Shown: positions 11,168 to 23,836 of the stretch, piece by piece
Numbering within the stretch: position 1 is the stretch's first letter
Layout of the letters: each line of letters begins with the position of its first letter
Notes under the pieces: generated by a model
The model's input: the letters and a program-made list of their open reading frames with translations, nothing else
Told to the model about the DNA's origin: nothing
The model's database searches: none
Assembly (NCBI GenBank): GCA_965644315.1
Contig: CBFFRQ010000023.1
Span: 1-58,771, forward strand
Length of the DNA stretch: 58,771 bases
DNA from: Caecitellus pseudoparvulus
Lineage: Eukaryota; Protista; Bigyra: Bicosoecida
Direction of reading: 5' to 3'
Made by a program: the position numbers and the translations under genes

Positions 11168-11690
11168 GGCAGTTCTTTCCTCCGGCCACAGGGCCAGAGG
11201 TCGCAGCTGTTGGGCCTGCTGCACCCGCAGCTGCTGCGCTGACTTCTACAGATTCAGTCGTAGTCGCACCGTTCTGGAGCACGACATCCAATGTAGAGGT
11301 TGTGCTCCATAACTTCCCAGCGGTCAGGAGCGCCTTTACCGCCGCAAGTGCCTCCTGTTTGCCCGCAGGATGCCATACGCTGTCAAGTCCTGTTTTTCGG
11401 ACTCCGTTGATGACGATAGACCTGTCCATGTCCCCCAGTGCCACTACAACTGCCCGAGCCACCTGCAGTTGAAGCTGTGGGATAGACCGCACACTCAGTC
11501 CAGCCCTCCGCTGCCGGATCCGCCACTCACGGATTTTGCGTTCAACGCCGACCTTCAGCGCCTTGATGATTCTAACATGTGCAACCTGAAGGAAGCTCGT
11601 ACATCGGGCTGGGACAAATGCGAGCTGAATCCGCGAGTACCTGTCACGCAGCCAGAGCACCATCTCAGCACTTGCACCCGATACACCTAC
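11168..11690 (-). mobile_element. pogo DDE_1 transposase 3' fragment (third copy)
   Basis: LAFVPARCTSFLQVAHVRIIKALK and IVINGVRKTGLDSVW..GKLW; homologous to 4979-5662. Confidence 0.7.
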
Positions 11691-11704
11691 AGCGCCACCA
11701 GTGT

Positions 11705-11950
11705 CTGCCGGTACCCCGTGGGCGTTTGCCACGGAAAAGGAGCTCGCGGTAACGGTGCTGGTTCTGTTCTCAGGAGGCAGTGAACTGGAGCTGGTTCGCC
11801 AGGTGGGACGCAGCGTACGCACTCTGTGGCGTGTTGTGCGTCGTGTTGTCACATGCTTGTGCGTTTTGGGCGCCCCCAAGTACATAAGGTGGCCAGCATC
11901 CCTCGATGAATGGCAGGTGGCTGAAGAGTTCTTCGCAGCTAGCAAGGGTA
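11705..11950 (+). mobile_element. PIF/Harbinger transposase N-terminal (HTH) fragment
   Basis: EKELAVTVLVLFSGGSELELVRQVGRSVRTLWRVVRRVVTCLCVLGAPKYIRWPASLDEW..F fits the Harbinger/HARBI1 region just before the DDE domain. Confidence 0.6.
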
Positions 11951-12680
11951 GGATGGTGGGCCCGCTGCGGGCAAGTAAGGTTATTGAGTGGGCCCGACAC
12001 CAAGTGACGACGGGAGCTTGCTCGTCGTGGTCGGCTGGCGACAAGCTCAAGGCCCTGCTGGCCGCCGTGAACTCATGGTGCATCCCCGTCGAGAGCCTGA
12101 GCAGGGTGGGCATGACGCTCACGAAGGCGCTGGCCAGGATGAAACCGAGCCCACCGGTGCAGCACCGTGAACACGTGCCCATGAGCAAGCTTCGTAAGAC
12201 GGTGGACGCTCTGGGCGGACGCCCCAAGCTATAAGCCTGCCTGCTGATTGGATTCTGGGCCATGATGCGCGCTGGTGAGCTGCTACACCTGGAATGGGCC
12301 GACATCACCTTTACAAGACGCGACGGCGTATGGGTGGTGACGGGCAGGCATGGGGACAAGACGCATCACCACCAGGACAGGCAATGATCCGTCCCCAGTT
12401 CCCCAGAGAGGGCGCGCGCGTTCGATCACCTCCTGGCGGAGGCAGTCCGAGGAAAAGGCCGCGTGCTCTCGACCCAGGACGGGGCGGACATAACCGCAGC
12501 GTTGAAGGCGCACACCGGGGTCGGCCTCGGAGGCCTGCGGTCAGGCTGCCACAGGTTCTGGGTCCAGCAAGGGCTCCCAGCAGCGGCCATCCACCAACAG
12601 GGAGGGTGGGCCCCGACCTCGAACGTTCCCAGCCTCTACTACTGGGGGCGGTCCGGGGTAGGGTACAGTCTGCTGCGGGA
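11950..12680 (+). pseudogene. Tyrosine recombinase of a DIRS/Ngaro- or Crypton-type element, disabled
   Basis: Read through stops at 12232 and 12385: GFWAMMRAGELLHLEWADI (catalytic R), GDKT (K), GGLRSG (HxxR-like), QQGGW, SLYY (Y). Confidence 0.8.
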
Positions 12681-13308
12681 CGCCATGCGGGGCAATAGGC
12701 GGCCCAGTCAGGACTCGGGTCGCAGCGAGGCTTCCTCACGGACAGGGGGCACAACAAAGTGGGGGGGTACTCAGAGGACCGGGTCCCTGAGCTCCACCCC
12801 TCCGTCCGGCACCGCACGGCCAAGGAGAGGAGAGGATTGCCCTCCCCGGCGTCGACCGATGGCCAACACCGGTCAGTGGCCCCCCTGGGGGGGGGGGAGG
12901 GGGGGCAAGATGCAAGGGTAAACGATGTGAGATGTACGCCTTAACACCTTGGGGCCACCTGGTATGGGAACCCGCCGACTGCAGCACGCCGGTGCGGAGC
13001 GCGGGGTCACTGTGGTGTCGGGCGATCTGGCAAGGATGCATTGACAACAATGCATTCTAATACCACACCACCCGCTCGAGCGTTCAGAAGAACTTCCCTG
13101 TGCCGGAAATTCTTACATTTCGTTCCAAGCATTCTCTTGCAAGTCGCACACCAGCACCTCTCGCCCTCCCTCTGCCGCCTCGAGTTGCATAGAGAGTGCC
13201 GAGTACTGGTATCCGTCCTGGGAGGACGCTCAGGGCGAGTGCCTCACCCTGCACGAGGTGAGGCGCCGCCAGAGCGAACGCTTCGCTGCGGTCTAGGACT
13301 TTTCTTCC

Positions 13309-14040
13309 GTGGACACCCCCTTTGAATTTTTCAAGCTACTGGCGTCTTCCAAGGAGCAGTCTCTCAGCAGAGATCATGCGAAGCAAATCGGCAGCCCACT
13401 CGAGCCATGCGACACGCGCACGATGGAGGCGTTGCAGGCCATGTTGGACATCGCCAGAGAGCTGCTCGGAGTACTCCGCGACCACGCATACAGCCTTGCG
13501 CGAGATGTACCGCAGCTTCTAGTGGACGCGAAGTGGCATACGCTAGGTTGCCCGCAGCTGTACATCGTTGCAGCCGTGCTAGGGCCGATGTGGACCTACC
13601 TGCGAGGGGAGGACGGCTGCGCCATAAGCTGGGGCTTCGTCACGAGGGCATTCCGGGACTCAATGATGAAATGCCAGGAGAACCTGGCGGAGAAGATAGA
13701 AGAACGCGTTGAAGAGGCCCTGCATGCACGTTCACTCCCTGTTGCTGTTACTGCTGCTGCTGGTGCCACTGCAACGCACTCTGTCGCGATGGACAGTGGC
13801 ACGGAAGGCCAGGTGGGGGGCACCAAGCGCCCACGTGACACACTCGGAGGGTTTTCATGGCTTGCCTACGAATGAGCTGCCTTGGCCGACCCCGTGCACG
13901 TGCCCAGCAACTGGGGCGGCGAAGGGTTTCACTTCAAAGGACGCGTGAGCGGTACCAAACGCTGCCAAAAGAGCCGGTCAAGGTGCAGAATCTGACCGCC
14001 AAGGGGTTCCTATGTTTCTACACCCCGCCAATGTTGCAGT
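13309..14040 (+). mobile_element. Possible hAT transposase C-terminal remnant
   Basis: LYIVAAVLGP resembles the hAT 'A-x-x-LDPR' motif; downstream ERYQTLPKEP..FLCFY resembles the start of the dimerisation domain. Weak match. Confidence 0.35.
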
Positions 14041-14217
14041 AATACGAGCTCGAGCCTCTGAGGACACAGGAGCACCCCGCGTTGAAGGGACTGCGTCTCC
14101 GCGTAGGGCTCAGGTGCACACGGAAACTACATTATCCGTTGTAGCAACTGAACGAGCAGCAGCTGCGGAACTTGCTCCTTTGCCAAAGGAAAATGGTGCA
14201 CCAAAAGTACGCAAGCG

Positions 14218-15164
14218 TCAGGCTTTGCTTCCGAAGGATCTGCTGCAATCGTTGAGGCGAGACTTCGTCGAGGCTTGTATGAGCCACGGGTTGTCCATAG
14301 ACCACTTGACAGTACCCCCCTTCCTTTGCCCCCGAAGAACCCCCTTCTGCCGGGTGGCAGGCACCTTGGCAGCCTCTATATCCTCCATGGAGGTGGTCAC
14401 ATGGTCAATCACATCGTGCGGGACCTGTCCACCGCTTGCGTCGGCGCGCCGGTTCGAGAATGTGGCCAACTCAGCCGCCTGCAATTCCTTAGGCTCTGGC
14501 ATACCCTTGCCTGCCTCCTTGGTTGTTTGGATTACTTCCAGCTCCGCCCTCTTCCTCGTGTTGCGCCAATTGGAGATGGCAGACCTGGATGGCGTAGGCA
14601 GCTCATGAAGTCTGAAATGCTTCGAGCTGCGAGCGACAACGTCCCTGACCGAAGGGCCCACAGTGCTGTCCAAGCACTCCAACTTGATCTCAGCAGGAAT
14701 GTCATAAGTCCCCTGGGCAGCTCACTTGATAGTCTGGGGGCTTGCGAGTGTCTGTGCAGATTCCTTTTCCGCACGCACTTGATCCAGAGCTCGTAGAGTT
14801 GCTCTGCGGCGCTCTGACACGCGCCGTATTTCTTCGACTTCAAACTGATGCCCAGTCTGTGCGCGAGATGTGACAAATCGCATCATGATCTGCGGCGAGG
14901 TTGCGGCGTTGCTATGGGCCGATGTCTAGAACGCCACCAGGCCTCAGATGAAAGCCAATCCGCCCATCCGATCCACACTGCTCAACTAATTGACACGATG
15001 ATGATTGATTATTTGAGCGCAAAATGAAAAAGTGCACAAAAATTCCAGCCTAGGTGAGTGTTAATGTGAATAGAGACAAAACAACGGACAGTTTGATGAT
15101 CTTTCGATTGCCAAGATTGAACAATAGCGAACGCTTTTGTCTACAACGACCCTACGTTACTGTA
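14218..15164 (-). mobile_element. 5' end of a TA-flanked DNA transposon with an HTH-like ORF
   Basis: The minus strand begins TA|CAGTAACG near 15164; an AT-richer leader follows, then frameshifted ORFs containing VRDVVAR..PSRSAISNWR (HTH-like). Confidence 0.35.
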
Positions 15165-16349
15165 CCCTCACGAACACCCAGACGATAAATTGCTCCAGAC
15201 ATTCTCCACGCGCTTGCCTTGTTTCCAAAGGCAGCCCAGGTCGATGACGGCATCAAGGTGGCGAACTCCTTCTTGTCGGGGTGCGACTGCACCCCATTCT
15301 TGGACGGTGTTTGTTACAGGACACTGTTCGTAGAGGCCAACGGAATTGGGCCCGCTGAGTCATGGCGCACCAATGATGGGCAGAGGCTGTGGCAGCTTGT
15401 CTCGTGCCGCCGGCACCAGCAGCACACCGTGGTGATGGGCTGCCAGCTGTCCAGAACACACCACCACTCCCCAAGTCAGGACTTGCACTGTCATCGTTGT
15501 CTTCTTCATCACCCATGTCACGACCTCGTCTACAGGCGGCGTCAGGAAGACGTGTAGTGCTTGACGCATCACAGCGCTTCACAGTGCGGAAAGGCAAACG
15601 ACCCGAAAGCTTCCAGTTGTTCCTTAGCGCTTGTCTTCATCCCCCTGACGATGCTTGCCGCAAGGGCAGCAGTCCAGAGTTGTCTGGATGGTGTTGGTTC
15701 TGCCGGGGAACATGAGGGAATAGCTGAGCTGCGCCAATGCACGGGCCTGCAGCGGGTTTCAAGGGGACAAGGAGCCACTGTCAGCGATCGACAGCAGCAG
15801 CCCCCGCTTGCAGTCCTGGTCTTCGGGAAGCAGGAGCAGCGTTGGTCGATTGCTGTTTTCTGTAGCCTGCAATACTCCATCGACGGTTGCTTCATGGTGT
15901 GCTTGGGTTGTGGTGAAGGACTTGCGCTCGCTCACGAGCCGGCTTGCTATCCAGCAGCTCCGTAAGGCGAGGGCAGACACAGTTCGTGCAACACCCGGAA
16001 AGAAGGGTGCGTCTGATGCACAAGCCCGGGTTTTTCTCCGAACGGTTGAATATCGGGGAGGACGGAGGCTCGCCCTTGCGTGGCCATCGCCGGCGATGTG
16101 GCGCCTCGCTCGGGCGAGACGCATGCTGTTCGTTTTCGACACTGCTTGTGCAAGGGCTCCTGTATCTTGGTCATGTATACATTTGGAGAGGGCCTCTTGA
16201 ACTACGACGAATGCCGCCTCATCCGGTTGGGCTGGCAGAGCACAGATGGTGGGCGCTCTATACCCATGCACTTGTGTGTACGAACAGGCCACAGCTGCAG
16301 GCATGTATCTGGGAAGCCGGCGTCCAAGGGTGGAAGTCCTTTGTGGTCC

Positions 16350-16720
16350 GTGTCCTTGAAAAGACTCGGCTAGGATCCAAAGTCTACCATCTTTGAATGC
16401 TGTCCTGGCTCCTGCTTTCACAGCCTTCTGGTATGCATGCCAAACTTGGAGTTGTCGTGCTCGGTTGTCAGCATGACATGCTCTTTGAATACGTACAGTT
16501 TGACGTGAGATGCTACTTCGGGTGATCAACAGCACATGTCCAATGCAAGGGCCGCCAGCAGGCGAGTGTGCCACTGTGTGCAGCTCTCGTTCAACTCCTG
16601 CCTCTCCGAGCTCAGTGCTGAGTGGGACCAAGAACCCCCAAATGCGGTCTGACCACTGAGCAGGGCCTTTCGAGGTACACTTCATGTCCATACTGATCAC
16701 ACAGTGTGCCGGCACTTGGG
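16350..16720 (-). pseudogene. 'GPCIG' family ORF, copy D
   Basis: Within ORF 15759..16772: QWSDRIW..GGPCIGHVLL..HAYQKAVKAG..KDGRLWI. Confidence 0.65.
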
Positions 16721-17871
16721 CGATGTTCTTGGGCGTGGTGGATCGAGTGCTAAGACGCTGGTTCAAATGCATTTCACTGGAATGAGTCGATGAGACATGA
16801 AAATCGGCACAAAGGCACGCCGTGGCGAGGGGTGAGAGATGATGGTTGCAAGCATGGGATCGGTGTCTGTCGTTCTACGTCAAATGCATTGGCGCCGTGA
16901 GTGCAGCTTGGAGAAGAGCAGCTGATCGGCAGCTCACCCACTGCGCAAAGTGTTTGAAGGGACGGCACAAATATTTGAGGATGTATTCAAGTTTATTCAT
17001 TTTCCCTTGTGGTGGTGTCAGATATCGAGCCCACCTGCAGCTCCCTCTGTGTGTGTATGACGAAGTTGTGCTCGAGGCCAAGTCCTCCTTTGACCGACCG
17101 ACCCAAGCACCATCGCGTGATCAGGGTGAATGCAATTCAGAACTGAGCTTGCAAGCTGTAGCCAGTACAGTGTGTTGCCCTGCTTGGCCAACCGGAGTCC
17201 ACGCCGGCGCGGTTAAAGTTCGTACCACTGGTTGTAAAGCAATGATGGGTCTCTTCTTGCAACATATTGCAGATGTGTTTTGTGGTGTATCCTTGTTTGC
17301 TGCGGCTCGTGCGTTCGGGAGTGAGTCAGCACACTGCAAACCCGATCCGCAAACTGGTGCATACCCGCCTTGGCGATTCGGCCATCAACCTACTCCGCGG
17401 ATCGAACGCGCTTATTCTCCAACATAGTCCGGACTTTTGCTGCAGCAACGACAGTCTCCACGAGGTAAACAATTTGGCTCTCCCTGCGAACTGTATACCT
17501 CATAGTTCCAAACCGTGTTCTGATTCTGTGGCTGAAGCTCTTGATGTGGTGTGTGGCATTCTCAACACCTGTCCAGAGCTACGTAGTCATCCTACTTCGC
17601 ATCTCACAAACAAGTGTGATATCAGCAGCTGCGTCAAGCTGTTTCACTGAAAGGGGGCTAGCACTCGCTTCACAGCTTCGCAGACAAGCTATCGCTGGGC
17701 TGTCAGAGACTCGCAAGGACGTGCTAGATGAAGTTCGCGCCGCAATGGCGAACGCACCACCAGTCAGCACGCCCAGCACGAGCATGCGGAGGGCAAGCGC
17801 CGGCGCGCTAGCGCGCCGGAAACTGCGCCTGAGGCCACCCCCCAGCCGCATTCGCTGGAGGAGGCGCTAGC

Positions 17872-19146
17872 ATGGTTCATGGCTCCAAGGAAGCAGCATC
17901 CGCGGTCCGGTGCCGAACACTCGACTCCTTGTTTTTGTGGGATTCGACATCATGCAAAGTGCTGGCCTACAAGCCTGATGTGCGGTCCTTCGAGTTCCCG
18001 GACGAAGAAGATCGGGGGAACTCTTTCAGCTTTGCATTTGATGCGCGCTCTGGGAATCCTGTTGTCGACCTTGGAACATTCTCCAACCCTCTCGCCGAGA
18101 GCCTCCTGTTTCTGGAAGATCAGCAGCAGGGCGAAGGAGGAGCGCACGCCGCTGCCGGAGCTGGTGCGGCCTGCTCCGCCCAGCACGCCACGCAAGCAAC
18201 AGTTGCGTGCATTGCCCTTCCAGAACATACTCGAGTGCTGGTTGGAGACTCCAAAGCCTTCAAGGGCAAGCTCACTCAGCTTGTGGCCGGTTTCGGAGGC
18301 GAGCCGCGCGTTCTGCTGCGCTTGGTTGGCGACCTCAAACGCTGCGAACACCTGGATGCAGAAGAGACTCTCAAGGTGGTCAGTGAACTTGTCGCTGATA
18401 TCATCAAGGAACGAAGCAAGTCCTTGAAGCAACACTTGGTCGAGTGGCTGGGTTCGCGGGCAGGAGGAGACGCCAAGCTGCCACTCAAGAACCTGCTGCG
18501 GCTGGTGGCAGACGCCACTGCGCCAAGCCCGCAGTATCCATACTTGCGCCGATGCACTGAGAGCCCCTTTCGTGGGTCTGATCTTGCATTCAGAATCGCA
18601 ACTCATGCGATGCTCTCCTTGTCCGGAGAGGTTTCGTGTGGGGCGTCCCAGGACCACCTTGACGATATGTGGGCAAGCAACATGGTCGAGGGAAACGCTC
18701 CCATAGTAACTGACCTTTTCGAGAGCCAAGTTGGCGTGCTGCTCTACATGGGCTTATTTGGTGGATTGCACGTGAATTTGACAGAGCAGGCGGAGGAGCT
18801 CGATCTGCATGAGGCGTGGGCCAGTGGGAGCTTCTTCGAAGGTATGCAAGCCGCTGCGCACAGCGAGCGCATCCTCGAACGCTTGGGCTCGACGAAGGAC
18901 TCCAGCGGCATCAACCAAGATCATATCACCACGCTGCATGAACTGAAAGTCAACCAGGTGCTCTTGATTCACACCCAACGCAACTTTCCTGGTGTTGACT
19001 TCTTGGCCTTCAAATGGGTCAAGCGGGGTGAACGCATGATCCTTCAAGTCGCCATTGTGGAGGGGACGACGTCGACGCTTCCCGACCATGCCGGAAAGCG
19101 AAGACCTTGCGCACGCGGTGCGGACCTGCGCCAGGTTTGCATGTGA
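17872..19146 (+). CDS. Crinkler/RHS (CR)-type protein with a C-terminal restriction-endonuclease-fold domain; probably frameshifted at the 3' end (may continue to 19411)
   Basis: 424-aa ORF. LLIHTQRNFPGVDFLAF..QVAIVEGTTSTLPDH matches the 'NFP-x-x-D...(Q/E)-x-T...H' CR-REase signature. Confidence 0.55.
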   Translation: MVHGSKEAASAVRCRTLDSLFLWDSTSCKVLAYKPDVRSFEFPDEEDRGNSFSFAFDARSGNPVVDLGTFSNPLAESLLFLEDQQQGEGGAHAAAGAGAACSAQHATQATVACIALPEHTRVLVGDSKAFKGKLTQLVAGFGGEPRVLLRLVGDLKRCEHLDAEETLKVVSELVADIIKERSKSLKQHLVEWLGSRAGGDAKLPLKNLLRLVADATAPSPQYPYLRRCTESPFRGSDLAFRIATHAMLSLSGEVSCGASQDHLDDMWASNMVEGNAPIVTDLFESQVGVLLYMGLFGGLHVNLTEQAEELDLHEAWASGSFFEGMQAAAHSERILERLGSTKDSSGINQDHITTLHELKVNQVLLIHTQRNFPGVDFLAFKWVKRGERMILQVAIVEGTTSTLPDHAGKRRPCARGADLRQVCM

Positions 19147-19559
19147 CCCTCAGCGGGGCTGGCAAGCCTGGCCGTCCGAGAATCTGGCCGCCTGGCAGAC
19201 GGCGCGCCAGCTGCCGCAGGATGTCACCGTCGGGCAGCTTGTCCAACACTGCCGTGACAGGGGCTGGTTGGATGAGCCGGCGGCTAAGATGGTCGCGTTC
19301 TTCCCATGGAACGCCGGGGCCGAGGGCTGGGGGAAGTGGGGCTCAGCTGATCCGCCAGCTGAGCAGCCTGCCTGTTCCGCTGGCAGCGCAGAGGCTCAGC
19401 ATCTGCGCTAGGGGACATTGCCTTCATCGCCTTAGTGACCAGCTGCTTCCTTGCCAGCTGTTTATGTTGGAGCACGCGTTTTACCGCACTACGTACCTCC
19501 TGGCACGCGTCTTGCACCTCGTCCAAAGTGGCCCCCTCTAGCAGGACCTTGGCGTAATT

Positions 19560-19963
19560 CCAAGGATCTGGAGCTTCGGCAGCTGCTGAATGCGCTGCAG
19601 GGGGCCGTGGGCGTGTTGCTGCGCTTCACGCATGGGAGAGCAGTGCCTTGGCCTCGCGACGCGTGCTGCCTGGCCCAGTGGATGGCTCGAGCGGCCACCC
19701 TGTTCCAGATCTTCAGCAATGAACTCAGAAGACTGGGCCGGGTGGCCCAGCCACTCACCTTCACCAAGCTACATATCGCGCAACAGTTGGTGCTCGACAT
19801 GCATTGGTTCGGTAGCCTGGAGGCGGTCGATACCGACAACGGCGAAACTCTACACACGCGGATCAACCGCGTCCTCCGCAAGATTCACCGTGGAAGGCAG
19901 GACGTCCTCTCCATGCTGGCGGAAAGGGTCTGCCTCATGCAGGCCATGAGCTGCGTGCGGTGA
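19560..19963 (+). mobile_element. Plavaka/CMC(EnSpm)-like transposase C-terminal fragment
   Basis: FTKLHIAQQLVLDMHWFGSLEAVDTDNGETLH matches the K-x-H...FG...T...E-x-x-H motif around the catalytic Glu. Confidence 0.6.
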
Positions 19964-20018
19964 TGATTACCTCCAGCTCTTGGCGACTCTGCGCCAAGGT
20001 GGGGAGCTCAAGGCTGCG

Positions 20019-20618
20019 CTAAGGGGCTGCTGGCGCCGATGCTCTGATAGCTTCAGCGGCTTCAGCCCCTTGCTTGTGCTCTTCAAGCACCCGAGCCACT
20101 GCTGCTGAGTATGTCGCTGGGTCGAGGGCAGCTGCCTGGATGCCATGCAGCTGCTCTCCTAGCCCAGCGGCCAAGTCGTAGCCAATGCCCGACATACCGT
20201 TGGCATTTTGCATGGACGCGAGGTGCTCAGCGGCATTGGGAATGGCTTGGACGAGATGAACCCAAGCCTTTGTCAGTTTGAAGTTGGTGTCAGCGATGGC
20301 CCCCACCCCCACGGCGAAGACAACTACATCTGAATACGGTACCAAACCGTACGACGATGATCGTGTGCCAGGGGTGGGGGGCAGCTTGGTGGGAGTAAGC
20401 GTCAGGGAGAGCTGGTCGCCGGCCTCGACGTGTCCGGTGAAGAGGTGCTCGGCCAGCACAACCTCGCCTGGGCGTGCGCCGACAGAGCGGGCAAGCTTGG
20501 TGCGGCAGGCCCTAGACAGGACAATGTCAACAATGTCTCGCTGGGGCGACTCTTGGTACACTTCAAATGGGACAGGTGGGGGGGGCTGTCTCTCCCCGTC
20601 GATCTCAAGCTCAAGCAT
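20019..20618 (-). CDS. Hypothetical protein (possibly TE-derived)
   Basis: 199-aa ATG-initiated ORF with protein-like composition; no motif recognised. Confidence 0.35.
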   Translation of the reverse strand: MLELEIDGERQPPPPVPFEVYQESPQRDIVDIVLSRACRTKLARSVGARPGEVVLAEHLFTGHVEAGDQLSLTLTPTKLPPTPGTRSSSYGLVPYSDVVVFAVGVGAIADTNFKLTKAWVHLVQAIPNAAEHLASMQNANGMSGIGYDLAAGLGEQLHGIQAAALDPATYSAAVARVLEEHKQGAEAAEAIRASAPAAP

Positions 20619-21886
20619 TGCCGTCGCCTTCAGGCCTTCAACGGCAAGGTCCAGGGGGCTGACGAACTATGCGGTTCAGCAGAGTGGGCGGCTCACCGGT
20701 GTGCCAGGGCTTTATGGGCCACCAAGTGAATGCTGACCAACGGGACCACGATGGAGTGGTCCAGTCAGATTCAAAAGCTTGAATGGGCCTCGGCAAGAGC
20801 CAACGCAAGCCCCCAGGCACAAGAGGGGGGTGGGATACATGAATCTATGCACCCCAGTCTCCCAGCACGACGGGGGCGGCTCCCAAGCGAACAGAGGCTG
20901 AGACGACAGCCCAGTTCGGCGGCAAGAGGCCCGGGGGAAGCCCCCCTTTGTGTTCTCCGCCAAAACACAGTGAGAATATTCTTGCGTAGAGGACTACAAT
21001 ACATTCAATAGTCCTCTATACAAGATTACCCTCACAATGTCTTGGCGGACACCAAACATGCTGCAGCGGAGCGCTGCAGCGCAGAGCCTGCAAAGCAGCT
21101 GCTTCCACAAACTCTGGAGATAGGTTCCCGTGCAAACCTGGTGCAGCTGCGCCCTCCTCGGGGCTCTGGACACGGCAAGAGACAGGTGGTGGAGAGCAGA
21201 AGACCGGCTCCGGGGCTGGCAGCCGAAGCCCTGGAAAGAACAGGAAATCTGCTTCTAGGTCACCTTGATCATGTTCTTGTGGCACCAAATCATGTGTTAT
21301 GGCCACGGCTTCTTGCTCTGTGGCACGGGTAGGCGAAGGTTTGTCCTGCCGTTTCGAGTGAAACGCCGCGTGCACCACACTGCTCACGCACACGCACCCT
21401 CTGCTGCCGTGGTGGCACGGCACGCCTAACAATGACAAGTCCCAAACTTGTTCGTTTCATAGGAGCGCCAGAGGCGCTTGTCAGAGGGGCAGTGGTCGTG
21501 AAAGCCACTCACGAAGGGTGAGCTGTGGCGGCCTTGCTGCGCAGCACGGCATGCACTGCATCGGTGCGGCTGACGCTGCCAAGACGCGCAGCTGCCCTGC
21601 ACCTTTTCACTTTGATACAGTGCCATGACAGCACTCGAGGGCACATAGCGGCGTCCTGGTTTGGGTGGCGCGGAGTCGTTCTTCGGCGCGTGGAGGCGTC
21701 CGCTGGTGCTGGTGCTGGTGTTGGTGGATGGCACACTCAAAACAATGCCACCTTGTTTGAGATCAACACAAAGGCGCCTGAAGAAGGTTTTTTATTCAAT
21801 TTAAGTTTTGATGCCAATGGCACTTATGCCACCCGGCTCGGTCCGTTCCTCTTGAGCAGAATGCTCTGCACATTGCCCGCACATGA

Positions 21887-23794
<1,908 letters not shown>

Positions 23795-23836
23795 CAAACA
23801 CAAAAACACCTCCCTTGCAATGCATGCCTGCTGCCT

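Noticed and set aside
11025-12359. 444-aa ORF as a single gene
   Set aside because: It is a chimera of antisense YR/Harbinger sequence and a pogo fragment.
12940-12960. TTAA-CACC piggyBac-like terminus
   Set aside because: No partner TIR or transposase was found.
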